Shown here piece after piece: positions 49,588 through 58,728 of a DNA stretch of 64,000 bases. This DNA comes from Holophagales bacterium (GTDB lineage Bacteria; Acidobacteriota; Thermoanaerobaculia; UBA5066), in contig JADJVF010000011.1 in NCBI GenBank assembly GCA_016716705.1, forward strand, positions 18,687 to 82,686. The letters run 5' to 3'. Numbering within the stretch: position 1 is the stretch's first letter; every line of letters starts with the position of its first letter. The translations under genes were made by a program, and so were the position numbers. The notes beneath the pieces are model-generated. The model was not told the DNA's origin. It did not search any database and saw only the letters and a list, made by a program, of their open reading frames with translations.

Positions 49588-51571
49588 GTGCACGGGTCGG
49601 TCTTCCTCCGCGATCTGGCGTGGGTCCTCGCGGCCTCCCTCCCGGTGCTCTTCCTCTTCCGGAAGCTGAAGGCGCCCGCCATCGCCGCGTTCCTCGTGAC
49701 GGGAATGCTGATCGGCCCGCACGCGCTCGGTCTCGTGGAGGACCCGGCCCGCGTCAGCGGGATCGCCGAGCTCGGCGTGGCGCTCATCCTCTTCTTCGTC
49801 GGCCTGGAGTTCCCGCTCGCCCGGCTCAAGACGATGGGGCGGTCGGCGCTCGTCGGGGGCTCCCTCCAGATGGCCTTCGCCGCGGCCGCGACGGCTGCCG
49901 CGCTACTGGCCTTCGGCGTCCCCGCGCGCGAGGCGGTCTTCGCAGGCATCCTCGTCTCGGTCTCCTCGACCGCCGTCGTCCTTCCGGTCCTCGCGGCGCG
50001 CGACGAGCTCGGCGGACCTGCTGGCAAGCAGTTCCTCGGCGTCGCGCTCTTCCAGGACCTCGCCGTCATTCCCCTCGTCCTCCTCCTCCCCGCCCTCGCG
50101 CCGCAGGGAAACGGGGCGCCCGACCTGGGACCGCGTGCTGACGAAGGTCGGCGTCGCCGCGGTCGGAACGGTCCTCCTCGTCGCCGTCGCCCGCTTCCTC
50201 GTACCGAGGGTCCTCGACCGATTCGTCCGCGTGGCGGGGCCGGAGACCTTCACGGCCGCGGCCCTCGTCGTCGTCCTCGGCATCGTCGCCCTCGTCGAGA
50301 CCGCGGGCGCGTCGGCGGCGATGGGTGCCTTCGCGGCGGGGATCGTCCTGGCCGAGAGCGAGTCGATCGCCGACGTCTCCTCGACGTTCGCGCCGTTTCG
50401 CGACGTCCTTTCGAGCCTTTTCTTCATCTCGGTCGGGATGCTCTTCGACCCGCAGTTCCTGGCCCATCACCCGGGTCTGGTCCTCGCCGGCGCGGCGTTC
50501 GTCGTCGGGGCGAAGCTGCTCACGGCCTACCCGGCGCTGCGGATCGCGAGGGCCGTCCCGAAGACGGCCGTCCGCGCCGCGCTCGCCCTCGCCAACGTCG
50601 GCGAGTTCTCGTTCGTCCTCGCGCTCGCGGGCGGGAAGCTGGGGCTCCTCGGCGCGTCGGGGCAGCAGCTCTTCGTGGCCGTCGCCGTCCTGACGATCCT
50701 CCTCGTGCCGTTCGTGATCGGCGCCGGGCCGGCGCTCGCGGCGCGGCTCCCCGACGTGCACACCGACCGTGAGCCGGTCGCCTCGGAGCTGCGCCGCGGA
50801 CACGTCGTCGTCGTCGGCTACGGCCTGAACGGGAGCAACGTCGCGCGCGTCCTCGGAGAGACGGGGCTGAAGACGGTCGTCGTCGAGGCGGACGCGGACC
50901 GCGCCGACAACGCGCGGCGCGACGGCGTGGCGGTGCTCCTGGCGGACGCGACGGGCGTCGAGGGGCTGTTGATGGCGGGCATCGTGCGGGCTCGAGCCGT
51001 CGTCGTGACGATTCCCGACCCGGGAGCGAGCCGGAAGGTGGTGCGGATCTGCCGGTCGCGCAACGCCGACGTGCGGATCATCGTCAGGACGCGGTACATC
51101 CGGGAGGTCGAGGAGCTTCGCCGCGCGGGAGCGGACGAAGTGATCCCGGAGGAGTTTGAGACGTCGATCGAGATCGTCGCGCGGGTCCTCCGCTCGCTTC
51201 ACGTCCCGGGGAACATCATTGCGACGCAGGTCCGCATCCTCCGGGACGAGGCGTACAGGAAGCTCCGCGACCCGCAGGCGCGGCCCGAGGCGGGTCGGCG
51301 GCTGTCGGCGCTCATGGCCGCCGGCACTTCGGACCTCGTCCTCATCCTCCCGGAGATGGCGGCAGCGGGGAAGACGCTCGGTGAGCTCCACCTCGAGGAG
51401 GAGCACGTCGCCGTCCCGGCGCTCCTGCGAGACGGCGTGCCGCTCGCGCCTCCACCTCTCGACGTCCCGATCGAGGCGGGCGACACGCTCCTGCTCGTCG
51501 GCGCGCACGAGGATCTCGTCCACGCCACGAAGCGGCTGGAGGGGAGCGGGCCGGAAGAACCGGTGCGGTGA
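49588..51571 (+). CDS. kefC: KefB/KefC-type CPA2 K+/H+ antiporter with RCK (TrkA-N/TrkA-C) domain; apparent frameshift near 50105-50135
   Basis: Aligns with E. coli KefB across the junction ([21 protein letters not shown]…DWDRVLTKVGVAAVG versus [39 protein letters not shown]). Rossmann motif VVVVGYGLNGSNV. Two frames: 49588-50100 and 50135-51571. Confidence 0.8.
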
Positions 51572-51599
51572 GCGGGACGTAGGGCGGTCGAAGGACGAG

Positions 51600-52989
51600 C
51601 GCTCTGATCATCGCGACGGCGGCCGCACTCGTAGCCGCTTCGCTCTGGCTTTCGGCCGGGCTGCCCCTCGTCGCGCTGGCGGACTTCGTTCACGAGGACG
51701 CCCTCTCGGCGCCCTCTGGCTGACTCGCGAGGAGGGGATCTGGATCGTACCGGCCGTCGGGACGCTGCTCGCGGCGACGGTCGTTCGCACGGCGATCACC
51801 CATGGAAGGACGCGCCCCGTGGGCGAGGCGGCGCTGGTGGCGTTGCTCCCGGCCGGAGTCCTCGGAACCGTCCTCGTCGTGGTGGCCTTCGTGAACCTCC
51901 GGGTTTACGGGTCGTTCTCGGTGCGCGAGTCGTCGAGCGAGCCGTTCCTGTCGGCTTACGGCTCTCTCGTCCGCATCCGTTCTCTTCCGCCGGTTCCCCG
52001 GGTTCCCGCCTCGCGCGAGCTGCGTCTCCGTGCCTACGCCCAGAGCCCGGCCCTGCGGCCCCTCGAGCCGCATCTGGAAGGAGAGGTCGGGCGGAGGTTC
52101 ATCGCCTCGAGCGAATGGCTGATCCCTGAGGCGAAGGGCGAGATCACCGCCGGATGGCTCCAGTTCGCCCTTCGCGAATCGGCGGCGAGGACCGGGCGCT
52201 ACCGCGACGCCCGAACGGCCGCGGGGTTCTGGAAGCAGGTCGCGCGAGAGCTGGACGACGCCTGCGACCGGGGGCGGCTTGCGTGCGGGCCGAATCCACG
52301 GTCGATGACGCCGGCGGACGCGACGGCGCAGCTCCCCGCCGTCTTCGCGGACCTTCCCCGGACCCTCGCGTTCCTGGCCACTTCGGTGGACTCCGCCCCG
52401 GCGCTGCGGAATGCCGCGTGGAGCCGGGGGTCGAGGGAGTCCCGCATCGTCTTCGCCCGTACGACACGCGAGCGGCTGGCTCCCGCGGCGGACGAACCCC
52501 GCTGGTTCCGCGTCTTCGGCTGGGCCTTCCAGCGAGGGGGGGCTCCCGTCGCCTGGAGGGTTCTCGGTCCGGACGGCGCGCCGGTTCCCTCTGGCGTCCG
52601 CCACCTGGCGAGCGGGGACGTCGCCGCCGCGACCCGGTGTCTCCGGGCGAGAGGCTCGGGCCCCCCCGCGAGCGCTCGAGCTGAGCATCGTTGCCGTGCA
52701 GGTCGCGCCGCCCCCGACGGGGCCAGGAGAGTACGAGCGGAACGAGACGCGATTGGCCGCGCTGAGGGGAATCGCTGGCGCCTACCGGCGAATCCTGACA
52801 CCGGGCCTCCCGGTGGCCATCGTGCTCTTCGCCCTCGCGGCGGGTGTCGCGGCACTTCGCCGTCGGGGCGGCCCCGGCGTGGTCGTCGCAGGCGCACTCC
52901 TCGCCGGAGTCGTGGCGCGCGTGGCGCTGCTCGCCCTCATCGACCGGCTGTTCCGCCGTGAAGGCCACGGGTCCTCAGGCGCCCTCTAA
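51600..52989 (+). pseudogene. decayed N-terminally truncated paralogue of the downstream polytopic membrane protein (frameshift at a C7 run, 52661-52667)
   Basis: 51711-51755 is near-identical to 53586-53630 (gctctggctgac[t/c]cgcgaggaggggatctggatcgt). The protein matches copy-2 residues about 190-700 in two frames (51156-frame and 52411-frame). No start codon, and a stop at about 51720 in the N-terminal frame. Confidence 0.45.
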
Positions 52990-53013
52990 GCTCGGGTAGG
53001 AGCGCGCCGGGGA

Positions 53014-55122
53014 GTGCCTGCTACGCTCGCCGCCGTGACCACCGCGCGCCGGGCGGCGACACCCCGCGGCCCCTTCGACCGCTTCCCGGCCCGGTTTGGT
53101 TGGATTTTCGCCGGGGCGCTCCTGGCGCTGCTCGCCGCGTGGATCCAGTCGGTTCTCCCCCTGACGGCGATCGGCGGCGCCAGCGCGGACGACGCCCTTT
53201 ACGTGAGGCTCGCCGAATCCGCCGCGCGGGGAGAGTGGCTCGGCCCCTACGACGAGTCGACGCTCAGCAAGGGGCCGTTCTTCCCCCTCTTCGTGGCGGC
53301 GGCCTTCCGCGCCGGGGCTCCGCTCTTCGACGCCGAGCGGGCGCTCTACGTAGCGGCCTGCGCGCTCTTCGTCCTGGCCGTCGCTCCGGTCGTGCGCACG
53401 GAGTGGGGGCGACTCCTCCTCTTCTCGCTCCTCGTGTTGAACCCCGTCGTCGTGACGCGCGCGGTGCGGGAGGGGCTCTACCCCGCGTTGACCCTCCTCG
53501 TCCTCGCGGGAGGCGTCGGCGTCCTCTGCTGGCTCCCCACGTCGTACCGGCGGGCGGCGGCCTGGGCGGGCCTCTGCGGCGTTTCGCTCGGAGCGCTCTG
53601 GCTGACCCGCGAGGAGGGGATCTGGATCGTCCCGGCGGTGGCGCTGCTCCTCGGGGCTGCCGTCCTCCGCGCGGCGACGGACTCCGCGGCGAGGCATCGC
53701 CTGCTGCGCGCCACGGTCCTCGCGCTCCTGCCGCTCCCGATCGCGGCGGTCTGCGTCCAGGCGGTGGCACTCCGGAACCGGGCGGCTTACGGCGTCCCGA
53801 CGGCGTGCGAGTCGACGGACCGCCCGTTTACCTCAGCATACGGGGCGCTCGCGCGGATCGTCCCGTCCGACAGGAAGGCGAAGGTCCCGGTTCCCGCGGA
53901 TGTCCGGCGAAAGGCGTACGGGCAGAGCGAGGCCTTCCGGCATCTCGAGCCCTTCCTGGAGGGAGCGGTCGGGGCCGGCTGGTCGGCGATCAGCGCCGCG
54001 AACCTGCCGGAGACGGCAGGCGAGATCGCGGGCGGCTGGTTCCAGTTCGCGATTCGCGAGGCCGCCGCGAAGGCCGGCTTCTATCGGGACGCGACGACGG
54101 CCGCCTCCTTCTGGCGGCGCGTCGCCTCCGAGCTGAACGGAGCGTGCGCGGCGGGGAGACTCGATTGCCTTCCGGAGAGGCACACGCTGACGCCCGTGGG
54201 GGCGCTCGCGCTGGCGCCGACGCTGCTCCGCGGCGTGCCGGAGAACTTCGCCCTCCTCTGTTCCTCGATCGACGCGAGCTCTTCCCGGAACCTCGGGTCG
54301 AGCAGCGGCCCTCCGGGCGCTCGCCTCCTCTTCGCGCGGGTCACGCGCGAGCCCCTCGCGCCGGGGGCCGAAGACCGCCGCTGGGTGACGATCCGCGGCT
54401 GGGCGTATCGCTCCGGCGCGCCTCCGCTGGAGTGGAGGGCTCGAGCGCCGGATGGGACCCCGCTTCCGGTGGCCCAGAGCTGGTCGCCGAGCGGCGACCT
54501 CGTCGAGTGGTTCTCCGACCCTTCCGCGAGCCGGGCGCGCTTCCGCCTCGAGGCGTCTTGCCCCGGACCGTGCGCCGTCGAGCTGACGGAGGCGGGGTCC
54601 GTCCTCCTGCGCTTCGAGCCTTCGGCGCCGGACGAGAGGAGCGGACCGATGCCCGCCGACCTGAAGCTCTGGCTCGACACGGTGAAGGTCCGGCCGCCCG
54701 AACGTGCGGGCGACCGCTGGGGATTGGACGACCTGCGGCGCGGAGCCCTCGACCGGCTCGCGTCGGCCTATGCCCGGGGCCTGGGTCTGCTCCTACCGGC
54801 CGCGGTCGTCCTCTTCGGCGCGACGGCGGCGTGGGCACTCATCCGCCGACGGGCGCCGGTGCCGGTTCTCGTCGGGGCCGCGCTGCTGGGAGCCGTCGTT
54901 TCCCGGATCGTCCTTCTCGACCTCGTCGACCGGACCTCGTTCCCGGCGCTCCACCCGCTCTACTTCGCGCCGGCCTACCCGCTCCTCTACGCCTTCGTCG
55001 TCCTCGCCTTCGTCTCCGCGGCCGGGGCGCTGGGGCGCGTCCCGGCCGCGGAGCGGCTTTCGGCCTACCTCTGGACGAAGGCCACGACCTTCGGCTTCAC
55101 GAGGCGTTCGAAGTCCGAGTAG
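53014..55122 (+). CDS. large polytopic membrane protein of unknown function (N-terminal TM bundle, about 350-aa soluble middle, 3-4 C-terminal TMs)
   Basis: 702-aa ORF with GTG at 53014. Hydrophobic segments at both ends. No motif I can name. The architecture is reminiscent of GT-C-type integral-membrane glycosyltransferases, but that is conjecture. Confidence 0.6.
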   Translation: MPATLAAVTTARRAATPRGPFDRFPARFGWIFAGALLALLAAWIQSVLPLTAIGGASADDALYVRLAESAARGEWLGPYDESTLSKGPFFPLFVAAAFRAGAPLFDAERALYVAACALFVLAVAPVVRTEWGRLLLFSLLVLNPVVVTRAVREGLYPALTLLVLAGGVGVLCWLPTSYRRAAAWAGLCGVSLGALWLTREEGIWIVPAVALLLGAAVLRAATDSAARHRLLRATVLALLPLPIAAVCVQAVALRNRAAYGVPTACESTDRPFTSAYGALARIVPSDRKAKVPVPADVRRKAYGQSEAFRHLEPFLEGAVGAGWSAISAANLPETAGEIAGGWFQFAIREAAAKAGFYRDATTAASFWRRVASELNGACAAGRLDCLPERHTLTPVGALALAPTLLRGVPENFALLCSSIDASSSRNLGSSSGPPGARLLFARVTREPLAPGAEDRRWVTIRGWAYRSGAPPLEWRARAPDGTPLPVAQSWSPSGDLVEWFSDPSASRARFRLEASCPGPCAVELTEAGSVLLRFEPSAPDERSGPMPADLKLWLDTVKVRPPERAGDRWGLDDLRRGALDRLASAYARGLGLLLPAAVVLFGATAAWALIRRRAPVPVLVGAALLGAVVSRIVLLDLVDRTSFPALHPLYFAPAYPLLYAFVVLAFVSAAGALGRVPAAERLSAYLWTKATTFGFTRRSKSE

Positions 55123-55529
55123 TGGAGCTTCATCAGCTCGGTGTGGGAGCCGGCGTTGAACGCGATCTCGGCGTCCTCGGACAGCCTCGGCGCGACGTAG
55201 ACGTCCATGCCGTAGAGGTTGCCGAACGGGGGCATCGCTCCGGCCTCGCAGTCGGGGAAGAGCTCGCGGAACTCGGCCTCGCTCGACAGGACGACGACCC
55301 CTCCACCGGTGACGTCGCGCAGGACCTGGAAGTCGACGCGCTGCGAGGCCGGCAGGACGACCATCACCGGCTTGCCGTCGACCTTCACCATGACGGTCTT
55401 GGCGAGCTCCTTTCCTTTGACGTGCGCGGAGGCGGCGATCTCCTGCGCCGTGTAGGCCGGCGAGTGGACGATCGATACCCAGCGGACGCCGTTCTGGTCG
55501 AGGAATTCCTTCAGCTTCCGGACGGGCAT
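55065..55529 (-). CDS. YbaK/EbsC-like aminoacyl-tRNA deacylase-domain protein
   Basis: ATG at 55529 (RC) with AAGGAGGG. About 154 aa. Resembles the YbaK fold (…VVLPASQRVDFQVLRDV…GAMPPFGN…). Confidence 0.55.
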   Translation of the reverse strand: MPVRKLKEFLDQNGVRWVSIVHSPAYTAQEIAASAHVKGKELAKTVMVKVDGKPVMVVLPASQRVDFQVLRDVTGGGVVVLSSEAEFRELFPDCEAGAMPPFGNLYGMDVYVAPRLSEDAEIAFNAGSHTELMKLHYSDFERLVKPKVVAFVQR

Positions 55530-55778
55530 GGGGCCCTCCTTTCCGGCCGAACGGGGCACGCCCCGGCCGGCCCGTACGCGGGCGCTCGGGTCGTCTCGGT
55601 GTGGTGCGGCGCGCTCATGCCGTCACCTCCGAACCGGTTGGGTGGTTCGGTAGAATTCTATTCCCGCAACGCAGCCGACGCGCGCTGCGAAGCAGCGTAG
55701 CGAGGCCGCGTCGCGGGTCGCCGAAGGATCCACCTGGAAGAGGACCGCACCGGGACCGACGCTGGTCCGGTGTCCGGT

Positions 55779-57017
55779 TCAGTCTCCCCTGGACAGCGTC
55801 TCCGCATTCCTCCCGAACCGTTCGAGCTGGATCTCCTCGAGGACGGCGGCGAGCTCGGGGCGCTGGGCCAGGAGGGCGAGGAGGTCGGGACCGGAGAGCC
55901 AGAGGAGCTCCGTGTCGGTGACGGCGGCGACGCTCGCGGTCCGGGGGCGCGATCGCACCGTGGCGAGATCACCGAAGAACTCGTGAGGCGTCAGAAGTGC
56001 GAGTGCGACGTCGCGTGGTCCCCGTCTCACCGTCACCCGGACGGCCCCGCGCCGGACGAGGTAGATACCGGCGTCGCTCGCCCCTTCCCGGATCACGACC
56101 TCCCCCGGTTTCGCGGCGACGGGTTTCAGCCGCCGGGCGAGAGCGTCGCGATCGGGGCGTGGCAGGTGGCCGAAGAGGCGGGAACGCGCGAGGACGCCGT
56201 CGAGGACCCTCTCGGCGAAGAGCCGCGAGAGGGCATCGGCCACGTGACGGTGCTTCTTCACGAGCGGGGTGAGCGCGTTCCGGTCGAGCTCGAGGAGGTC
56301 GACGCGTGTCCGCGCCTGGACGGTGGCCGTGCGCGGGACGCCGCTGAGGAAGGAGATCTCGCCGGCGACGTCGCCCGGGCCGAGGATCCCGAGGAGGACC
56401 GTCGCGCCGCCGTCGCCCTTCGCCGAGACGACGAGCTCCCCGGCCGCGACGAAGGAGAGGGAGCTCCCCTCGTCGCCCTCCGCGAAGAGCCTCTCCCCGG
56501 CCGCGAGCGTCCGGAGGTGGATCTTCTCGAGGACGAGCTCGAAGAGAAACGGCGGGATGTCCTTGAGGAGCGGGATCTCCTTCCGCAGGGCGTGGACCTT
56601 TTCCGACTTCCTTCGCCGTTCGGCCATCTCGGCGGGCGGCGGGGCCGCGGGCCCGTCGACGGCTGGCGCTTCCGACTCCGCCTTCGCTTTCGCGGTCGCT
56701 TTTGCGGTCGCCTCGAGGATCTTCTTCAGCTCGATCTGCGAGAGGAAGCTGGACGTGACCTCGGCCTTCGGATCGAGCTCCTCGACCTTCTTGTAGACGG
56801 CGATCGCTTCGACGAGCTTCCCGGACTTCTGGAGCCGCGGTCCGGCCCGATTGAGGACCTGGACAGCCTCCCGGGAATCGCCGCCCGACGCGAGGGCGTC
56901 GGCGAGACGGAGGACCGCGGCCGTGTCGCCCGGATCGTCGCGCAGCCGGCGCCGGCACTCCTCGACGGTTTCCTTCAGGCGGGCTTCACCGCTCGTCCGG
57001 CCTTCGAACAGGGTCAC
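55779..57017 (-). CDS. TPR-like N-terminal domain plus two cyclic-nucleotide-binding domains
   Basis: GTG at 57017 (RC). Helical TPR-like 80 aa, a Lys/Ala-rich linker, then two cNMP-binding folds (…FAEGDEGSSLSFVAAGELVV…GEISFL…; …IREGASDAGIYLVRRGAVRV…FFGDLA…). Confidence 0.65.
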   Translation of the reverse strand: MTLFEGRTSGEARLKETVEECRRRLRDDPGDTAAVLRLADALASGGDSREAVQVLNRAGPRLQKSGKLVEAIAVYKKVEELDPKAEVTSSFLSQIELKKILEATAKATAKAKAESEAPAVDGPAAPPPAEMAERRRKSEKVHALRKEIPLLKDIPPFLFELVLEKIHLRTLAAGERLFAEGDEGSSLSFVAAGELVVSAKGDGGATVLLGILGPGDVAGEISFLSGVPRTATVQARTRVDLLELDRNALTPLVKKHRHVADALSRLFAERVLDGVLARSRLFGHLPRPDRDALARRLKPVAAKPGEVVIREGASDAGIYLVRRGAVRVTVRRGPRDVALALLTPHEFFGDLATVRSRPRTASVAAVTDTELLWLSGPDLLALLAQRPELAAVLEEIQLERFGRNAETLSRGD

Positions 57018-57139
57018 GGACTCATCGTACGACGGGAGCGGCCTCGCGGCAGACCGCCATCCGGCTCGGGCATTGCTGCATTGCAGTAAGATCGGGAGAG
57101 GACAGGGTGGCCCATCCCGGGGCCCCCGAGGAGGCCGAA

Positions 57140-57328
57140 ATGAAAGCCGAGCCCCGCTCCTCCAGCCGAGAAGCCGTGATCCTGGTGGAGGAACCGGCGA
57201 CCGCCTGCACCAACTGCCCGGTCTGTGGAAGCGAGGAGTGCCTGATGCTCGAGGAGCTCGGGACCTACTGCTCGACGATGACGGCCACGAGTCTGGCGAA
57301 CCGGGAGGCGGACCGGACGCGGCACTGA
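57140..57328 (+). CDS. small Cys-rich protein (62 aa; CxxCxxCx4C…C)
   Basis: ATG at 57140 with GAGGAGG 5 nt upstream (57128-57134). MKAEPRSSSREAVILVEEPATACTNCPVCGSEECLMLEELGTYCST…. Lies between the cNMP-binding protein gene and the GGDEF gene. Confidence 0.4.
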   Translation: MKAEPRSSSREAVILVEEPATACTNCPVCGSEECLMLEELGTYCSTMTATSLANREADRTRH

Positions 57329-57377
57329 GGAGCGCCGGGAGGGACGGGAGCCGCCGGACGCGCCTATCATCGCCCCG

Positions 57378-58610
57378 TTGCTCTCCGCAATCGTCCTCCT
57401 GTCGGCAGCCCCCGGGCGGGGCCCGGCCTTCGAGAGCGTTCGCGCGCCGGCTCCCGGGGTGACGGAGCTCCTGCCGGCTCTCGTGATCCCGGCCGCTTCC
57501 GCCGTGGCGATCGCCACGCTGGGTCTCGTCGCCCTCCTCTTCTTCGGCCGCGACCGGAGCCGGCGTGACCTTCTCCTCTACGCCCTCCTCGCGGCGGGCC
57601 TCACGACGTATCTCGCCGCAGGTCTGCCTCTGTGGTCGAACGACCCCGGGAGACTTCGTGCCGCGCTCGCCCTCCTTCTCCCGGCTCTCGCCTATCTCCT
57701 GCTCCTGCGTTTCCTCGAGCTGCCGCATACCCGCGTCCGGCTCGCTCTCCTCGCCCTCCCGGCCGCGGGCCTCGTTCTCGTGATCGCGGTCCCGTCGGCG
57801 GGGCGGGTGTCGGGATGGCTGGAAGCCGCCTCTCTGATCGTCTTCGGGGGGGCAGCCCTCCTCGATCTCGCGAGACTCCACCGGCCCGACGGCGCCCTGC
57901 TCTTCGCGGCGACGGCGGCCCTCCTCCTCGCCGCGCTCTTCGACGCCGCCGCCTCGCGGGACGTCCTCCTTCCCGGCCTCTCCCCGCCGCCCCTCGTCGG
58001 CCCCGCGTTCCTCCTCTTCACGGCGCTTCTCCTCGTGGCCGTGGCGGACCAGGGGCGGATGATTCTCGAGCGGGCGACGACCGACTCCCTGACCGGGCTC
58101 CCGAACCGGGCGACGTTCCTCGATCGGGCCCGGCGGGAGCTGGCCCGCGCGGAGCGCAGCGGCAGCTCCCTCGCCCTCGCGATGCTCGACATCGACCGCT
58201 TCAAGCGGTTCAACGACCGCTACGGCCACCAGGCCGGCGACCGGGTCCTGGCCCAGGCCGGCCGGGCCGTCGCCGGGGCCGTACGCGGCATCGACATCGC
58301 CGGGCGTTACGGAGGCGAGGAGCTCGTCCTCGTCCTCGTCGACGTGGAGGCGGACGCGGCCGTGGCCGCGGTCGAGCGGGTCCGGGCCGCCATCGCCGAG
58401 GTTCGTCTCCCGAACGTCCAGGAGGCCGTCACGGCGTCGGCGGGAGTGGCGCTGCATCACGGCGCATTCGACAGCGCGGACGTCGCCGGGCTGATCCGGA
58501 GGGCGGACCAGGCGCTCTACCAGAGCAAGGAGGAGGGCCGCGACCGGACGACACTCGAATCGCGAGGGCCTGATCACCCGACGTCGCCCGCAGAAGTCCG
58601 CTACCGCTGA
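57378..58610 (+). CDS. membrane-anchored diguanylate cyclase (GGDEF)
   Basis: Six or more N-terminal TM helices, then a GGDEF domain with an active-site RYGGEE and an I-site RGID five residues upstream. The TTG start at 57378 is uncertain. Confidence 0.8.
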   Translation: MLSAIVLLSAAPGRGPAFESVRAPAPGVTELLPALVIPAASAVAIATLGLVALLFFGRDRSRRDLLLYALLAAGLTTYLAAGLPLWSNDPGRLRAALALLLPALAYLLLLRFLELPHTRVRLALLALPAAGLVLVIAVPSAGRVSGWLEAASLIVFGGAALLDLARLHRPDGALLFAATAALLLAALFDAAASRDVLLPGLSPPPLVGPAFLLFTALLLVAVADQGRMILERATTDSLTGLPNRATFLDRARRELARAERSGSSLALAMLDIDRFKRFNDRYGHQAGDRVLAQAGRAVAGAVRGIDIAGRYGGEELVLVLVDVEADAAVAAVERVRAAIAEVRLPNVQEAVTASAGVALHHGAFDSADVAGLIRRADQALYQSKEEGRDRTTLESRGPDHPTSPAEVRYR

Positions 58611-58728
58611 AGCGGCTCCCGGGCGCTGGGCCGGTGGCCTCGCTGATCACGACTCGACGGACGGGAACCCCGCCAGGCGTACGGAGCGTTGCCTGCCCTC
58701 CGGACTCCGCTGGTAAGATGCGATTTCG

